A stretch of DNA of 64,000 nt from Escherichia coli (lineage in GTDB: Bacteria; Pseudomonadota; Gammaproteobacteria; Enterobacterales; Enterobacteriaceae): NCBI RefSeq assembly GCF_003334405.1, contig NZ_QOWM01000004.1; one strand, 5' to 3'. Below the pieces are notes generated by a model. It did no database searches. It had not been told where the DNA came from and saw nothing but the letters and a program-made list of their open reading frames with translations. This document shows, piece by piece, positions 36,371 through 47,972 of the stretch (the stretch's first letter is position 1; each line of letters begins with the position of its first letter). The position numbers and the translations under genes are program-made.

Positions 36371-39300
36371 TTAACCTATAGTCATTAAGCTGGCGTTACC
36401 GCCAGCGGCAGCGGTATTCACACTCAGCGAACGCTCGATATACAGCCGTTCCAGAAGGATATTGCTTTCGCCACGGGCAAAACCCTGCACCGAAACAATT
36501 GTGCCATCCCGCGCGGCAACTGCTTCACACAATGCGCGAAGCTGATCCGAATCACCGTGGAAGATCACCGCATCAAACGGTTGAGCGGTTATATTTTCCG
36601 CTTTCGCCAGTTGAATACGTTCGCTGACTGCCGATGGCAATGCCTTCACTAACTGACGATGCAGCGCGTCATCCGGCCACAGTACCTGGCTGCCCACCGC
36701 CAGCACGGCGGCGAGCTGAGTCAGCGCATCCTGCTCATCATCGGCAATACACAACACGCGCTCACGCGGCAGCAGCGTCCAGGTGTTGCGTTCACCCGTC
36801 GGCCCCGGCAGCAATCGTTGTGTTCCTGCCTGCGCCAGCTCGCCATATTGCGTACATAACGCCTGCAATTCTGGACGATTTGCTGCCCATTCCCGCAGTG
36901 CATTTAGCGGCTGAGTCAATGCGGCTTTCAACTGCGCATCGACCGGATACTTTGCATCCTGACGCGCGAGCGTCACTGCCAGCGCACTTTCCGGGCGATT
37001 CGCCAGCAGACGGTAGAGATAGAGCGGACCGCCTGCTTTCGGCCCGGTACCGGACAACCCTTCGCCGCCGAACGGCTGCACACCAACCACTGCGCCCACC
37101 ATATTACGGTTAACATACAGGTTACCAACATGGGCCGAGCCAGTGACCTGGGCGATGGTTTCATCAATGCGCGTATGGACGCCAAGCGTCAGACCATAAC
37201 CGGAAGCGTTAATCTGCTCGATCAGCTCTGGTAGCTGGTTACGGTTGTAACGCACCACATGCAGCACCGGACCAAAGACCTCTTTTTGCAATTCGGCAAA
37301 GTCATCCAGTTCGATCAGCGTCGGGGCGACAAAGGTGCCGCTTTGCCATTCACGGGCATCTTCGCTGTTTTCCCGCACCGCCTGGAACACCGGACGGCCT
37401 TTGCTACGCATGGTCTGAATATGGCGCTCAATATTGGCTTTCGCTTCGCTATCAATCACTGGACCGATATCGGTGGTCAGGCGACCCGGATTACCTATCC
37501 GGCATTCGGCCATTGCGCCGCGCAGCATTTTCAACGTGTGGTCGGCAATCTCATCTTGCAGGCACAGCACGCGCAGCGCCGAACAACGCTGACCCGCACT
37601 GTCGAACGCCGAGGCCAGTACATCCACGACGACCTGTTCGGTCAGTGCTGAAGAATCGACAATCATCGCGTTCATGCCGCCGGTTTCAGCGATGAGCGGA
37701 ATAGGGCGACCCTGAGCGTCCAGGCGGCTGGCGATATTGCGCTGCAGTAACGTAGCGACTTCGGTTGAACCGGTAAACATCACCCCGCGCACGCGATCAT
37801 CACCCGTCAGTTGCGCGCCCACGGTTTCACCCCGACCTGGCAGCAATTGCACCACGCCTGGCGGTACACCCGCTTCCAGCAAAATGGCGATCCCTTGCGC
37901 GGCAATCAGCGGCGTTTGTTCTGCCGGTTTTGCCAGCACGCTGTTACCTGCCGCCAGTGCGGCGGCGATCTGCCCGGTGAAAATAGCCAGCGGGAAGTTC
38001 CACGGACTGATACACACCACAGGCCCTAATGGACGGTGGGTTTCGTTAGCGAAATCATCCCGCACCTGTCCGGCGTAGTAGTGGAGAAAATCGACCGCTT
38101 CGCGCACTTCGGCAATGGCGTTACTGAAGGTTTTTCCGGCCTCACGCACCAGAATACCAATCAGTTGCTGCATCTGGCTTTCCATCAGCACGGCAGCGCG
38201 GTGCAAAATCGCTGCGCGTTCAGCCGGAGGCGTGGCAAACCAGATTGGCGCGTTATTAACCGCACTTTCCAGCGCCTGTTCTACTTCACGCGGCGTGGCT
38301 TCACGCACATAGCCCACAATATCTTTCGGTTCCGCAGGGTTAATAACGGGCGACATCTCACCTGCCGCTACCGGTTGTTCCAGCATTGGCAAGGCCTGCC
38401 ATTTTTGCAGTGCACTATTGAGCAGGGCAGAGGAGAGCGAGGCCAGGCGGTGTTCGTTAGCGAGATCCAGCCCTGCCGAGTTGTCGCGCCCGTGACCGTA
38501 AAGATCGCGCGGCAGGGGAATTTTCGGATGCGGTAATCCAGTTTGCCCTTCCTGTTGCGCCAGTTTTTCTACAGCAGTGACCGGATCGGCGACCAGTTCA
38601 TCCAGTGGCAAAGAGGTGTCGGCAATACGGTTAACAAACGAGGTGTTAGCACCGTTTTCCAGCAGGCGACGCACCAGATACGCCAACAGCGTTTCATGTG
38701 TGCCAACCGGAGCATAAATACGACACGGACGGTTAAGTTTGCCGTCGGCAACTTTCCCGGTGACCTGCTCATACAGTGGCTCGCCCATACCATGCAGGCA
38801 CTGGAACTCGTACTGACCCGGGTAGTAGTTCTGCCCCGCCAGTTGATAAATCGCCGCCAGCGTATGGGCGTTGTGCGTCGCGAACTGCGGGTAGATTAGA
38901 TTCGGCACCGCCAGCAGCTTTTTCGCACAGGCGAGATAAGAAACGTCGGTATACACCTTGCGGGTATAAACCGGATAACCTTCAAGGCCGTCCATCTGCG
39001 CACGCTTAATTTCACTATCCCAGTACGCGCCTTTCACCAGGCGAATCATCAGACGGCGACGGCTGCGGGTGGCGAGATCAATCAGGTAATCGATCACCAA
39101 CGGGCAGCGTTTTTGATAAGCCTGAATAACAAAACCGATGCCGTTCCAGCCTGCCAGTTCCGGCTCGAAACAGAGTTTTTCCAGCAGATCGAGGGAGATC
39201 TCCAGGCGATCGGACTCTTCGGCGTCAATGTTGATACCAATATCGTACTGACGCGCCAGCAGGGTGAGTGATTTCAGACGCGGGTAAAGCTCTTCCATTA

Positions 39301-40333
39301 CCCGGTCATACTGGGCGCGGCTATAACGCGGATGCAGCGCCGACAGTTTGATTGAAATGCCCGGCCCTTCATAGATGCCACGACCGTTAGACGCTTTACC
39401 GATGGCGTGAATCGCCTGCTGATAGGAAACCATATACGCCTGTGCATCTGCGGCGGTCAGCGCGGCTTCGCCCAGCATATCGTAAGAGTAACGGAAACCT
39501 TTCTCTTCCAGCTTGCGGGCATTGGCTAACGCTTCCGCGATGGTTTCGCCAGTGACGAACTGCTCACCCATCAGGCGCATCGCCATATCCACACCTTTGC
39601 GGATCAGCGGTTCACCGCTTTTACCGATAATGCGGTTCAGCGAGCGGGAGAGGCTGGCTTCGTTATGGGTGGAAACCAGTTTGCCAGTAAACAGCAGCCC
39701 CCAGGTGGCGGCATTAACAAACAGTGACGGGCTACGACCAATGTGTGACTGCCAGTTACCGTTGCTGATTTTGTCGCGAATTAACGCGTCGCGGGTGGCT
39801 TTGTCGGGAATACGCAACAACGCTTCCGCCAGACACATCAGCGCCACGCCTTCCTGCGATGACAGCGAAAACTCCTGCAATAACCCCTGGACCATACCTG
39901 CGCGACCACTGGCATTTTTTTGATTACGCAGTTTATCGGCCAGCTGATACGCCAGTTTGTGCGCCTGTTCAGCAACTGGCTGCGGCAGGCGGGCTTGTTC
40001 CAGCAGCATAGAAACCGCTTCGGTTTCCGGGCGGCGATAGGCCGCGGTGATCGCGGCGCGGGAAACCGACTGGGGCAATATTTGCTCGGCAAAGTCGAGG
40101 AATGGCTGGTGTGGTTCCTCTGCCGGAGTCGGTGCTTCATCGCTCTCATTGGCCGCGCCAGAAAGCAGCGCAGGTAGCTCCGGCAGAGTATCGCTGTTTT
40201 CCAGTTGTTCGAGATAAGAAAAAATCGCCTGCTTAATTAACCAGTGTGGTGTGCGATCGATACGTGTCGCGGCAGACTTAATACGCTCACGCGTCGCGTC
40301 GTCCAGCTTAACCCCCATGGTGGTGGTTCCCAT
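36371..40333 (-). CDS. putA: Bifunctional proline dehydrogenase / P5C dehydrogenase and transcriptional repressor
   Basis: Track ORF 36371..40399; ATG at 40333 gives 1320 aa MGTTTMGVKLDDATRERIKSAA (ribbon-helix-helix N-terminus). Confidence 0.95.
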   Translation of the reverse strand: MGTTTMGVKLDDATRERIKSAATRIDRTPHWLIKQAIFSYLEQLENSDTLPELPALLSGAANESDEAPTPAEEPHQPFLDFAEQILPQSVSRAAITAAYRRPETEAVSMLLEQARLPQPVAEQAHKLAYQLADKLRNQKNASGRAGMVQGLLQEFSLSSQEGVALMCLAEALLRIPDKATRDALIRDKISNGNWQSHIGRSPSLFVNAATWGLLFTGKLVSTHNEASLSRSLNRIIGKSGEPLIRKGVDMAMRLMGEQFVTGETIAEALANARKLEEKGFRYSYDMLGEAALTAADAQAYMVSYQQAIHAIGKASNGRGIYEGPGISIKLSALHPRYSRAQYDRVMEELYPRLKSLTLLARQYDIGINIDAEESDRLEISLDLLEKLCFEPELAGWNGIGFVIQAYQKRCPLVIDYLIDLATRSRRRLMIRLVKGAYWDSEIKRAQMDGLEGYPVYTRKVYTDVSYLACAKKLLAVPNLIYPQFATHNAHTLAAIYQLAGQNYYPGQYEFQCLHGMGEPLYEQVTGKVADGKLNRPCRIYAPVGTHETLLAYLVRRLLENGANTSFVNRIADTSLPLDELVADPVTAVEKLAQQEGQTGLPHPKIPLPRDLYGHGRDNSAGLDLANEHRLASLSSALLNSALQKWQALPMLEQPVAAGEMSPVINPAEPKDIVGYVREATPREVEQALESAVNNAPIWFATPPAERAAILHRAAVLMESQMQQLIGILVREAGKTFSNAIAEVREAVDFLHYYAGQVRDDFANETHRPLGPVVCISPWNFPLAIFTGQIAAALAAGNSVLAKPAEQTPLIAAQGIAILLEAGVPPGVVQLLPGRGETVGAQLTGDDRVRGVMFTGSTEVATLLQRNIASRLDAQGRPIPLIAETGGMNAMIVDSSALTEQVVVDVLASAFDSAGQRCSALRVLCLQDEIADHTLKMLRGAMAECRIGNPGRLTTDIGPVIDSEAKANIERHIQTMRSKGRPVFQAVRENSEDAREWQSGTFVAPTLIELDDFAELQKEVFGPVLHVVRYNRNQLPELIEQINASGYGLTLGVHTRIDETIAQVTGSAHVGNLYVNRNMVGAVVGVQPFGGEGLSGTGPKAGGPLYLYRLLANRPESALAVTLARQDAKYPVDAQLKAALTQPLNALREWAANRPELQALCTQYGELAQAGTQRLLPGPTGERNTWTLLPRERVLCIADDEQDALTQLAAVLAVGSQVLWPDDALHRQLVKALPSAVSERIQLAKAENITAQPFDAVIFHGDSDQLRALCEAVAARDGTIVSVQGFARGESNILLERLYIERSLSVNTAAAGGNASLMTIG

Positions 40334-40755
40334 GCCATTACTCCTGTTGTTCAGAAAGGTGCAACTTAACGTTATCGTGAAATATCCATGATGTTGCAAC
40401 TTTGTGCAACCATGTTAAATGTGACATGCGTAGCAAGCTTAAAAATGAATGAAATGTTAATAAAAGAAATCGATATGACAGGGATTAAAAAAATAACTCA
40501 GACTTTTTCTCTGCGGCAGTTAACATTTTTGAAAGGTGCAACCGCAAAAAATGTGAGAGAGTGCAACCTGATGAAAAATAGTGTCGCTGAGCACTAAAAT
40601 TTAATGTAAATGGTGTGTTAAATCGATTGTGAATAACCAGCGCTTCCGGCAGGATACGGTCGCCCTGGTAAAACATAAACTCTGTTACCCCGTTCCGGTG
40701 GCAGATATAACGGCAAGTTTCGACATTGCCGATAATAATTTTTTGGAGACTTTAG
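40334..40755. promoter_or_regulatory. put control region with divergent putA and putP promoters and five GTTGCA-type PutA operator motifs
   Basis: ggtgcaac 40358-40365, gttgcaac 40393-40400, gtgcaac 40404-40410, ggtgcaacc 40535-40543, gtgcaac 40561-40567; AT-rich 422-bp intergenic region. Confidence 0.7.
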
Positions 40756-42264
<1,509 letters not shown>

Positions 42265-42359
42265 GGGACTTAGCCTGCGGCGGTTTTGTTTGGCTTCAGC
42301 AGCGGGTTGCGCTCCCTTAATGTGCCTCGCCATATAAATTGAATGGTGCAGGGAGCGCG

Positions 42360-42389
42360 CAGGGGGCGGCCAATCGCCGCCGCCCCCTG
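42360..42389. other. GC-rich perfect 11-bp-stem hairpin (cagggggcggc...gccgccccctg) in the putP-efeU intergenic region
   Basis: Read directly; nested within a second inverted repeat (ttgcgctccc 42307-42316 / gggagcgcgc 42351-42360). Confidence 0.4.
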
Positions 42390-42562
42390 CTGTCCCGGCC
42401 TTCGGGGAACGCTTCAGCGATTTTGACGCCACCAACACCCGAGCTGTTATTATGTTCCGGGCAAAAAGTTAGATTTGATAATCGCGGATGGACGAAATTG
42501 CTTGATACACCCGCTTATCAGTTTTACATGGAAGCTCTGATGCATTGAGTCTGGACAGTTTT

Positions 42563-42598
42563 GTCGGCTGGATACGGCGTTTACGCGGCATCCGGCAA
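42563..42598. repeat. REP element (gtcggctggatacggcgtttacgcggcatccggcaag)
   Basis: REP-consensus-like palindrome read from sequence. Confidence 0.55.
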
Positions 42599-42729
42599 GA
42601 ACACATGGTTCTTTGCAAACAATCCCATCTTTCTACCCTGGAATAATCGTTTATATCCCTTGGCATTACCTCTCTTTGTTTACATTCCAACATCATTTTA
42701 TAAACATTCCGCTTGTGTTTTTCTTTGCC

Positions 42730-42749
42730 GTAATGATAATCGCTATCAC
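42730..42749 (+). promoter_or_regulatory. Candidate Fur box upstream of efeU (gtaatgataatcgctatcac, about 15 of 19 matches to GATAATGATAATCATTATC)
   Basis: Read from sequence about 60 nt upstream of the efeU ATG. Confidence 0.55.
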
Positions 42750-42806
42750 TGCGATTTACTTTTCTTTGCATAGATTGACTCAGAAAAACGTTTAAGGGTG
42801 GGTGGC

Positions 42807-43637
42807 ATGTTTGTTCCGTTTCTCATTATGTTGCGCGAAGGACTTGAAGCCGCGCTGATTGTCAGTTTGATTGCCAGCTATCTTAAGCGTACCCAGCGAG
42901 GCCGATGGATTGGTGTGATGTGGATTGGCGTGTTGCTTGCCGCTGCGTTGTGCCTGGGCTTGGGTATCTTCATTAACGAAACCACCGGCGAATTTCCGCA
43001 AAAAGAACAGGAACTGTTTGAAGGTATCGTGGCGGTGATCGCCGTGGTGATCCTTACCTGGATGGTTTTCTGGATGCGCAAAGTGTCGCGCAACGTCAAA
43101 GTGCAACTGGAACAGGCAGTCGATAGCGCATTGCAGCGTGGAAATCATCATGGCTGGGCGCTGGTGATGATGGTCTTTTTTGCCGTTGCAAGGGAAGGGC
43201 TGGAGTCGGTCTTTTTCCTGCTGGCGGCATTTCAACAAGATGTCGGGATCTGGCCGCCGCTGGGTGCAATGCTCGGTCTTGCTACTGCCGTGGTGCTAGG
43301 CTTCCTGCTCTACTGGGGCGGTATTCGCCTCAATCTTGGTGCATTTTTTAAATGGACCAGCCTGTTTATTCTCTTCGTCGCCGCAGGGCTGGCAGCTGGT
43401 GCCATTCGCGCATTTCATGAAGCCGGATTGTGGAACCACTTTCAGGAAATCGCCTTCGATATGAGTGCGGTGCTCTCAACTCACTCGCTGTTTGGCACGC
43501 TGATGGAAGGGATTTTTGGCTATCAGGAAGCGCCGAGCGTCAGCGAAGTCGCCGTCTGGTTTATTTATCTCATCCCGGCGCTGGTGGCATTTGCTCTGCC
43601 ACCACGCGCAGGGGCGACAGCGTCTCGCTCCGCGTAA
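42807..43637 (+). CDS. efeU: Ferrous-iron permease (FTR1/OFeT family); the reading frame is intact here
   Basis: Track ORF 42798..43637 begins at GTG; ATG at 42807 gives 276 aa MFVPFLIMLREGLEAALIVSLIAS with two REGLE motifs and no frameshift. Confidence 0.9.
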   Translation: MFVPFLIMLREGLEAALIVSLIASYLKRTQRGRWIGVMWIGVLLAAALCLGLGIFINETTGEFPQKEQELFEGIVAVIAVVILTWMVFWMRKVSRNVKVQLEQAVDSALQRGNHHGWALVMMVFFAVAREGLESVFFLLAAFQQDVGIWPPLGAMLGLATAVVLGFLLYWGGIRLNLGAFFKWTSLFILFVAAGLAAGAIRAFHEAGLWNHFQEIAFDMSAVLSTHSLFGTLMEGIFGYQEAPSVSEVAVWFIYLIPALVAFALPPRAGATASRSA

Positions 43638-43694
43638 CAAATACGACGCAAACTCTTGCTTAGTTACAACATACTTTAAAGGGATAGTCTCGTC

Positions 43695-44822
43695 ATGACC
43701 ATTAACTTCCGCCGTAACGCATTGCAGTTGAGCGTGGCTGCGCTGTTTTCTTCTGCTTTTATGGCTAACGCCGCTGATGTGCCGCAGGTCAAAGTGACCG
43801 TGACGGATAAGCAGTGCGAACCGATGACCATTACGGTTAACGCCGGGAAAACACAGTTCATTATTCAGAACCACAGCCAGAAGGCGCTGGAGTGGGAGAT
43901 CCTCAAAGGCGTGATGGTGGTGGAAGAGCGGGAAAATATCGCCCCTGGCTTTAGCCAGAAAATGACGGCGAATTTACAGCCTGGCGAATACGATATGACC
44001 TGCGGTCTGCTGACTAACCCGAAAGGGAAGTTGATCGTCAAAGGTGAGGCAACGGCGGATGCGGCGCAAAGTGATGCGCTGTTAAGTCTTGGTGGTGCAA
44101 TTACTGCATATAAAGCGTATGTCATGGCGGAAACCACGCAGCTGGTGACCGACACCAAAGCCTTTACCGACGCGATTAAAGCAGGCGATATCGAAAAAGC
44201 GAAAGCACTGTATGCACCGACGCGCCAGCACTATGAGCGTATTGAACCGATTGCTGAACTGTTCTCCGATCTGGATGGCAGCATTGACGCCCGTGAAGAT
44301 GATTACGAGCAAAAAGCCGCCGACCCAAAATTCACTGGTTTCCACCGTCTGGAAAAAGCATTGTTTGGCGACAACACCACCAAAGGGATGGATCAGTACG
44401 CTGAGCAGCTTTATACCGATGTGGTCGATTTGCAAAAACGCATCAGTGAACTGGCTTTCCCACCTTCAAAAGTGGTCGGCGGCGCAGCCGGACTGATTGA
44501 GGAAGTGGCAGCCAGCAAAATTAGCGGTGAAGAAGATCGCTACAGCCACACCGATCTGTGGGATTTCCAGGCTAACGTTGAAGGCTCGCAGAAAATTGTC
44601 GATTTGCTGCGTCCACAACTGCAAAAAGCCAACCCGGAACTGCTGGCAAAAGTCGATGCCAACTTTAAAAAGGTCGATACCATTCTGGCGAAATACCGTA
44701 CTAAAGACGGTTTTGAAACCTACGACAAATTGACCGATGCCGACCGGAATGCACTGAAAGGACCGATTACTGCGCTGGCGGAAGATCTGGCGCAACTTCG
44801 CGGTGTGCTGGGACTGGATTAA
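43695..44822 (+). CDS. efeO: Periplasmic iron-uptake component (cupredoxin / M75 peptidase-like)
   Basis: Track ORF of 375 aa with signal peptide [26 protein letters not shown]. Confidence 0.95.
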   Translation: MTINFRRNALQLSVAALFSSAFMANAADVPQVKVTVTDKQCEPMTITVNAGKTQFIIQNHSQKALEWEILKGVMVVEERENIAPGFSQKMTANLQPGEYDMTCGLLTNPKGKLIVKGEATADAAQSDALLSLGGAITAYKAYVMAETTQLVTDTKAFTDAIKAGDIEKAKALYAPTRQHYERIEPIAELFSDLDGSIDAREDDYEQKAADPKFTGFHRLEKALFGDNTTKGMDQYAEQLYTDVVDLQKRISELAFPPSKVVGGAAGLIEEVAASKISGEEDRYSHTDLWDFQANVEGSQKIVDLLRPQLQKANPELLAKVDANFKKVDTILAKYRTKDGFETYDKLTDADRNALKGPITALAEDLAQLRGVLGLD

Positions 44823-44827
44823 GCGTT

Positions 44828-46099
44828 ATGCAGTATAAAGATGAAAACGGCGTGAATGAACCGTCACGCCGACGTTTACTGAAAGTGATAGGTGCACTGG
44901 CGCTGGCGGGAAGTTGTCCGGTCGCTCATGCACAAAAAACGCAAAGTGCGCCGGGTACGCTTTCACCGGATGCTCGCAATGAGAAACAGCCGTTTTATGG
45001 TGAGCATCAGGCAGGGATCCTGACGCCACAACAGGCCGCAATGATGCTGGTGGCGTTTGATGTGCTTGCCAGCGATAAAGCCGATCTTGAGCGGTTGTTT
45101 CGCTTGTTGACTCAGCGTTTTGCTTTTCTGACTCAGGGCGGAGCAGCACCAGAAACGCCAAATCCGCGCCTGCCACCACTCGATTCCGGCATTCTTGGCG
45201 GCTACATTGCGCCCGATAATCTCACCATCACGTTATCGGTGGGTCACTCATTGTTTGATGAGCGCTTTGGCCTTGCGCCACAGATGCCAAAAAAGCTGCA
45301 GAAGATGACGCGTTTCCCCAACGACTCGCTGGATGCGGCGTTATGTCATGGTGATGTGTTGCTACAGATTTGCGCCAACACCCAGGACACGGTTATCCAT
45401 GCGCTGCGCGATATCATCAAACACACGCCGGATTTGCTCAGTGTGCGCTGGAAGCGGGAAGGGTTTATTTCCGATCACGCGGCGCGTAGTAAAGGCAAAG
45501 AGACGCCGATTAATTTGCTGGGTTTCAAAGACGGCACTGCCAATCCCGATAGCCAGAATGATAAGTTGATGCAAAAAGTGGTGTGGGTAACGGCAGATCA
45601 GCAGGAGCCTGCGTGGACAATCGGTGGCAGCTATCAGGCAGTACGCTTGATTCAGTTTCGAGTGGAATTTTGGGACAGAACGCCGCTGAAAGAACAGCAG
45701 ACGATTTTTGGCCGTGATAAGCAAACCGGTGCGCCGCTGGGAATGCAGCATGAGCATGATGTGCCTGATTACGCCAGCGACCCGGAAGGGAAGGTGATCG
45801 CGCTGGACAGCCATATCCGGCTGGCGAATCCCCGCACGGCGGAGAGTGAGTCCAGCCTGATGCTGCGTCGTGGCTACAGTTATTCACTGGGCGTCACCAA
45901 CTCCGGGCAACTGGATATGGGGTTGCTGTTTGTCTGCTACCAACACGATCTGGAAAAAGGCTTCCTGACAGTACAAAAAAGGCTCAATGGCGAAGCGCTG
46001 GAGGAATACGTTAAACCTATCGGCGGCGGTTATTTTTTTGCGCTGCCGGGGGTGAAGGACGCGAACGATTATTTCGGAAGCGCGTTATTGCGGGTTTAA
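44828..46099 (+). CDS. efeB: Tat-exported dye-decolourising (DyP-type) peroxidase
   Basis: Track ORF of 423 aa; twin-arginine signal [17 protein letters not shown]. Confidence 0.95.
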   Translation: MQYKDENGVNEPSRRRLLKVIGALALAGSCPVAHAQKTQSAPGTLSPDARNEKQPFYGEHQAGILTPQQAAMMLVAFDVLASDKADLERLFRLLTQRFAFLTQGGAAPETPNPRLPPLDSGILGGYIAPDNLTITLSVGHSLFDERFGLAPQMPKKLQKMTRFPNDSLDAALCHGDVLLQICANTQDTVIHALRDIIKHTPDLLSVRWKREGFISDHAARSKGKETPINLLGFKDGTANPDSQNDKLMQKVVWVTADQQEPAWTIGGSYQAVRLIQFRVEFWDRTPLKEQQTIFGRDKQTGAPLGMQHEHDVPDYASDPEGKVIALDSHIRLANPRTAESESSLMLRRGYSYSLGVTNSGQLDMGLLFVCYQHDLEKGFLTVQKRLNGEALEEYVKPIGGGYFFALPGVKDANDYFGSALLRV

Positions 46100-46107
46100 T
46101 GTTTTTA

Positions 46108-46242
46108 GGCGGATAAGGCATTTGTGCGCAGATGCCTGATGCGACGCTTGCGCGTCTTATCATGCCTACAATCAGTGCGGGTTTGGTAGGCTGGATAAGG
46201 CGTTCACGCCGCATCCGGCGATCGTGCACTGATGCCTGATGC
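46108..46242. repeat. Cluster of REP elements (BIME) after efeB
   Basis: ggcggataaggcatttgtgcgcagatgcctgatgcgacgc and gtaggctggataaggcgttcacgccgcatccggcg read from sequence. Confidence 0.6.
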
Positions 46243-46276
46243 AAATCCTGCTGAAAGCACACAGCTTTTTTCATCA

Positions 46277-46294
46277 CTGTCATCACTCTGTCAT
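46277..46294 (+). promoter_or_regulatory. Pho box (ctgtcat-cact-ctgtcat), PhoB binding site of the phoH promoter
   Basis: Two 7-bp direct repeats 11 bp apart, read from sequence upstream of phoH. Confidence 0.7.
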
Positions 46295-46443
46295 CTTTCC
46301 AGTAGAAACTAATGTCACTGAAATGGTGTTTTATAGTTAAATATAAGTAAATATATTGTTGCAATAAATGCGAGATCTGTTGTACTTATTAAGTAGCAGC
46401 GGAAGTTCCCGGCAGTGATAGTCAGTCACTATGGAGATCGCGG

Positions 46444-47508
46444 ATGGTAACGTCCTGTACTGGACATGTTTTAGATAATCAACGCGCCACCACTCGCGGA
46501 GTTTTCTCCTCCGGTAGTCATCTCGTCACTTTGCATTTTCAACCTCATCCTTTCTTTTCATGTGTTACCGACGCCGTAAACGGTGCGCGTAGCCGTTTTT
46601 CGGCATTTTATCCAAAAGCAAACTATGGCTTACAAGGAAGCCAACCCTCTGATGTTCGTGCGCATAATCGCGCTGCCAACGGCGCGTGTGATGAATACAA
46701 ACAACTCAAGGTGCTCTCCATGGGAAGACAAAAAGCAGTGATCAAAGCTCGTCGCGAGGCAAAACGTGTGCTGAGACGGGATTCGCGCAGCCATAAGCAG
46801 CGTGAAGAAGAATCGGTCACCTCGCTTGTGCAGATGGGCGGCGTAGAAGCCATTGGTATGGCCCGCGACAGTCGCGATACTTCGCCCATCCTCGCGCGAA
46901 ATGAAGCGCAATTGCACTATCTGAAGGCTATTGAGAGTAAGCAGCTGATATTCGCCACGGGCGAAGCCGGGTGCGGAAAAACCTGGATCAGCGCAGCAAA
47001 AGCGGCAGAGGCCCTGATACATAAGGATGTCGACAGGATTATCGTCACCCGTCCAGTTCTGCAAGCCGATGAAGATCTTGGCTTCTTACCTGGAGATATC
47101 GCAGAAAAGTTTGCTCCCTATTTTCGCCCGGTCTACGACGTGCTGGTCCGGCGCTTAGGGGCTTCCTTTATGCAGTACTGCCTGCGACCGGAAATAGGGA
47201 AGGTGGAAATTGCGCCGTTCGCCTATATGCGTGGACGTACCTTTGAAAATGCAGTCGTCATTCTTGACGAGGCGCAGAATGTGACTGCCGCGCAAATGAA
47301 AATGTTTTTAACCCGCCTCGGGGAGAACGTGACGGTTATCGTCAACGGTGATATCACGCAATGCGATTTGCCTCGCGGCGTGTGCTCCGGATTAAGTGAC
47401 GCGCTGGAACGTTTCGAAGAAGATGAAATGGTTGGGATCGTCCGGTTCGGTAAAGAGGACTGCGTACGTTCGGCACTTTGCCAACGTACGCTGCATGCCT
47501 ACAGTTAA
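46444..47508 (+). CDS. phoH: Phosphate-starvation-inducible ATPase PhoH
   Basis: Track ORF of 354 aa; Walker A GEAGCGKT; internal start MGRQKAVIK could give a shorter isoform. Confidence 0.92.
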   Translation: MVTSCTGHVLDNQRATTRGVFSSGSHLVTLHFQPHPFFSCVTDAVNGARSRFSAFYPKANYGLQGSQPSDVRAHNRAANGACDEYKQLKVLSMGRQKAVIKARREAKRVLRRDSRSHKQREEESVTSLVQMGGVEAIGMARDSRDTSPILARNEAQLHYLKAIESKQLIFATGEAGCGKTWISAAKAAEALIHKDVDRIIVTRPVLQADEDLGFLPGDIAEKFAPYFRPVYDVLVRRLGASFMQYCLRPEIGKVEIAPFAYMRGRTFENAVVILDEAQNVTAAQMKMFLTRLGENVTVIVNGDITQCDLPRGVCSGLSDALERFEEDEMVGIVRFGKEDCVRSALCQRTLHAYS

Positions 47509-47526
47509 GTGTGTTATCGGTGCAGA

Positions 47527-47554
47527 GCCCGGGCGAACCGGGCTTTGTTTTGGG
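47527..47554 (+). terminator. Intrinsic terminator after phoH (gcccgg-gcgaa-ccgggc followed by tttgttttggg)
   Basis: Hairpin plus T-rich tract read from sequence, about 20 nt after the phoH stop. Confidence 0.6.
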
Positions 47555-47557
47555 TGT

Positions 47558-47971
47558 TTATGCCCGGACTAGCGCTTTTTCTGAAACAACCATTTTTATT
47601 TGCCCCTGGCTGGTGAAGTGTACGCTCATCCTGTGGCTTTTTTGTAGTTGCTGATAGAGCTCATCAGGTATTGCTAAGCTCTCTGCATATTCTTGCGGCG
47701 TATATTGGTAGGCTGCATGATGCTGCTGTTTTTGAAAACGCAGCTTATTGTACAGCGCCCAGACAATTAACACGACGGCATTCGCCACTGCCAGCAAAAA
47801 ATAGAACTGAAGTCGGCTTCTGGCCTCGCTTTGCCAGTAATAACCCGTCAGCAGATCCATGGCGAATAAGAATATGAACAACGCAAATAATGTCCACAAG
47901 ATGGTTGTGGCAACATAATCAACCAGTAAACGTACTGGTGATTGTCGGGTCGTAATAATTAAATTGTTCAT
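47558..47971 (-). CDS. pgaD: PGA synthesis accessory membrane protein
   Basis: Track ORF of 137 aa, [26 protein letters not shown]. Confidence 0.93.
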
Positions 47972-47972
47972 A

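Noticed and set aside
36634-38536. Several long plus-strand ORFs (159, 130, 113 and 166 aa) inside putA
   Set aside because: They are antisense to a confidently called 1320-aa gene in GC-rich DNA, have Arg/Pro/Ala-rich composition typical of antisense frames, and lack ribosome-binding sites.
42798-42806. GTG at 42798 as the efeU start (MGGMFVPF...)
   Set aside because: ATG at 42807 gives the conserved MFVPFLIMLREGLE N-terminus with better spacing to the AAGGG ribosome-binding site.
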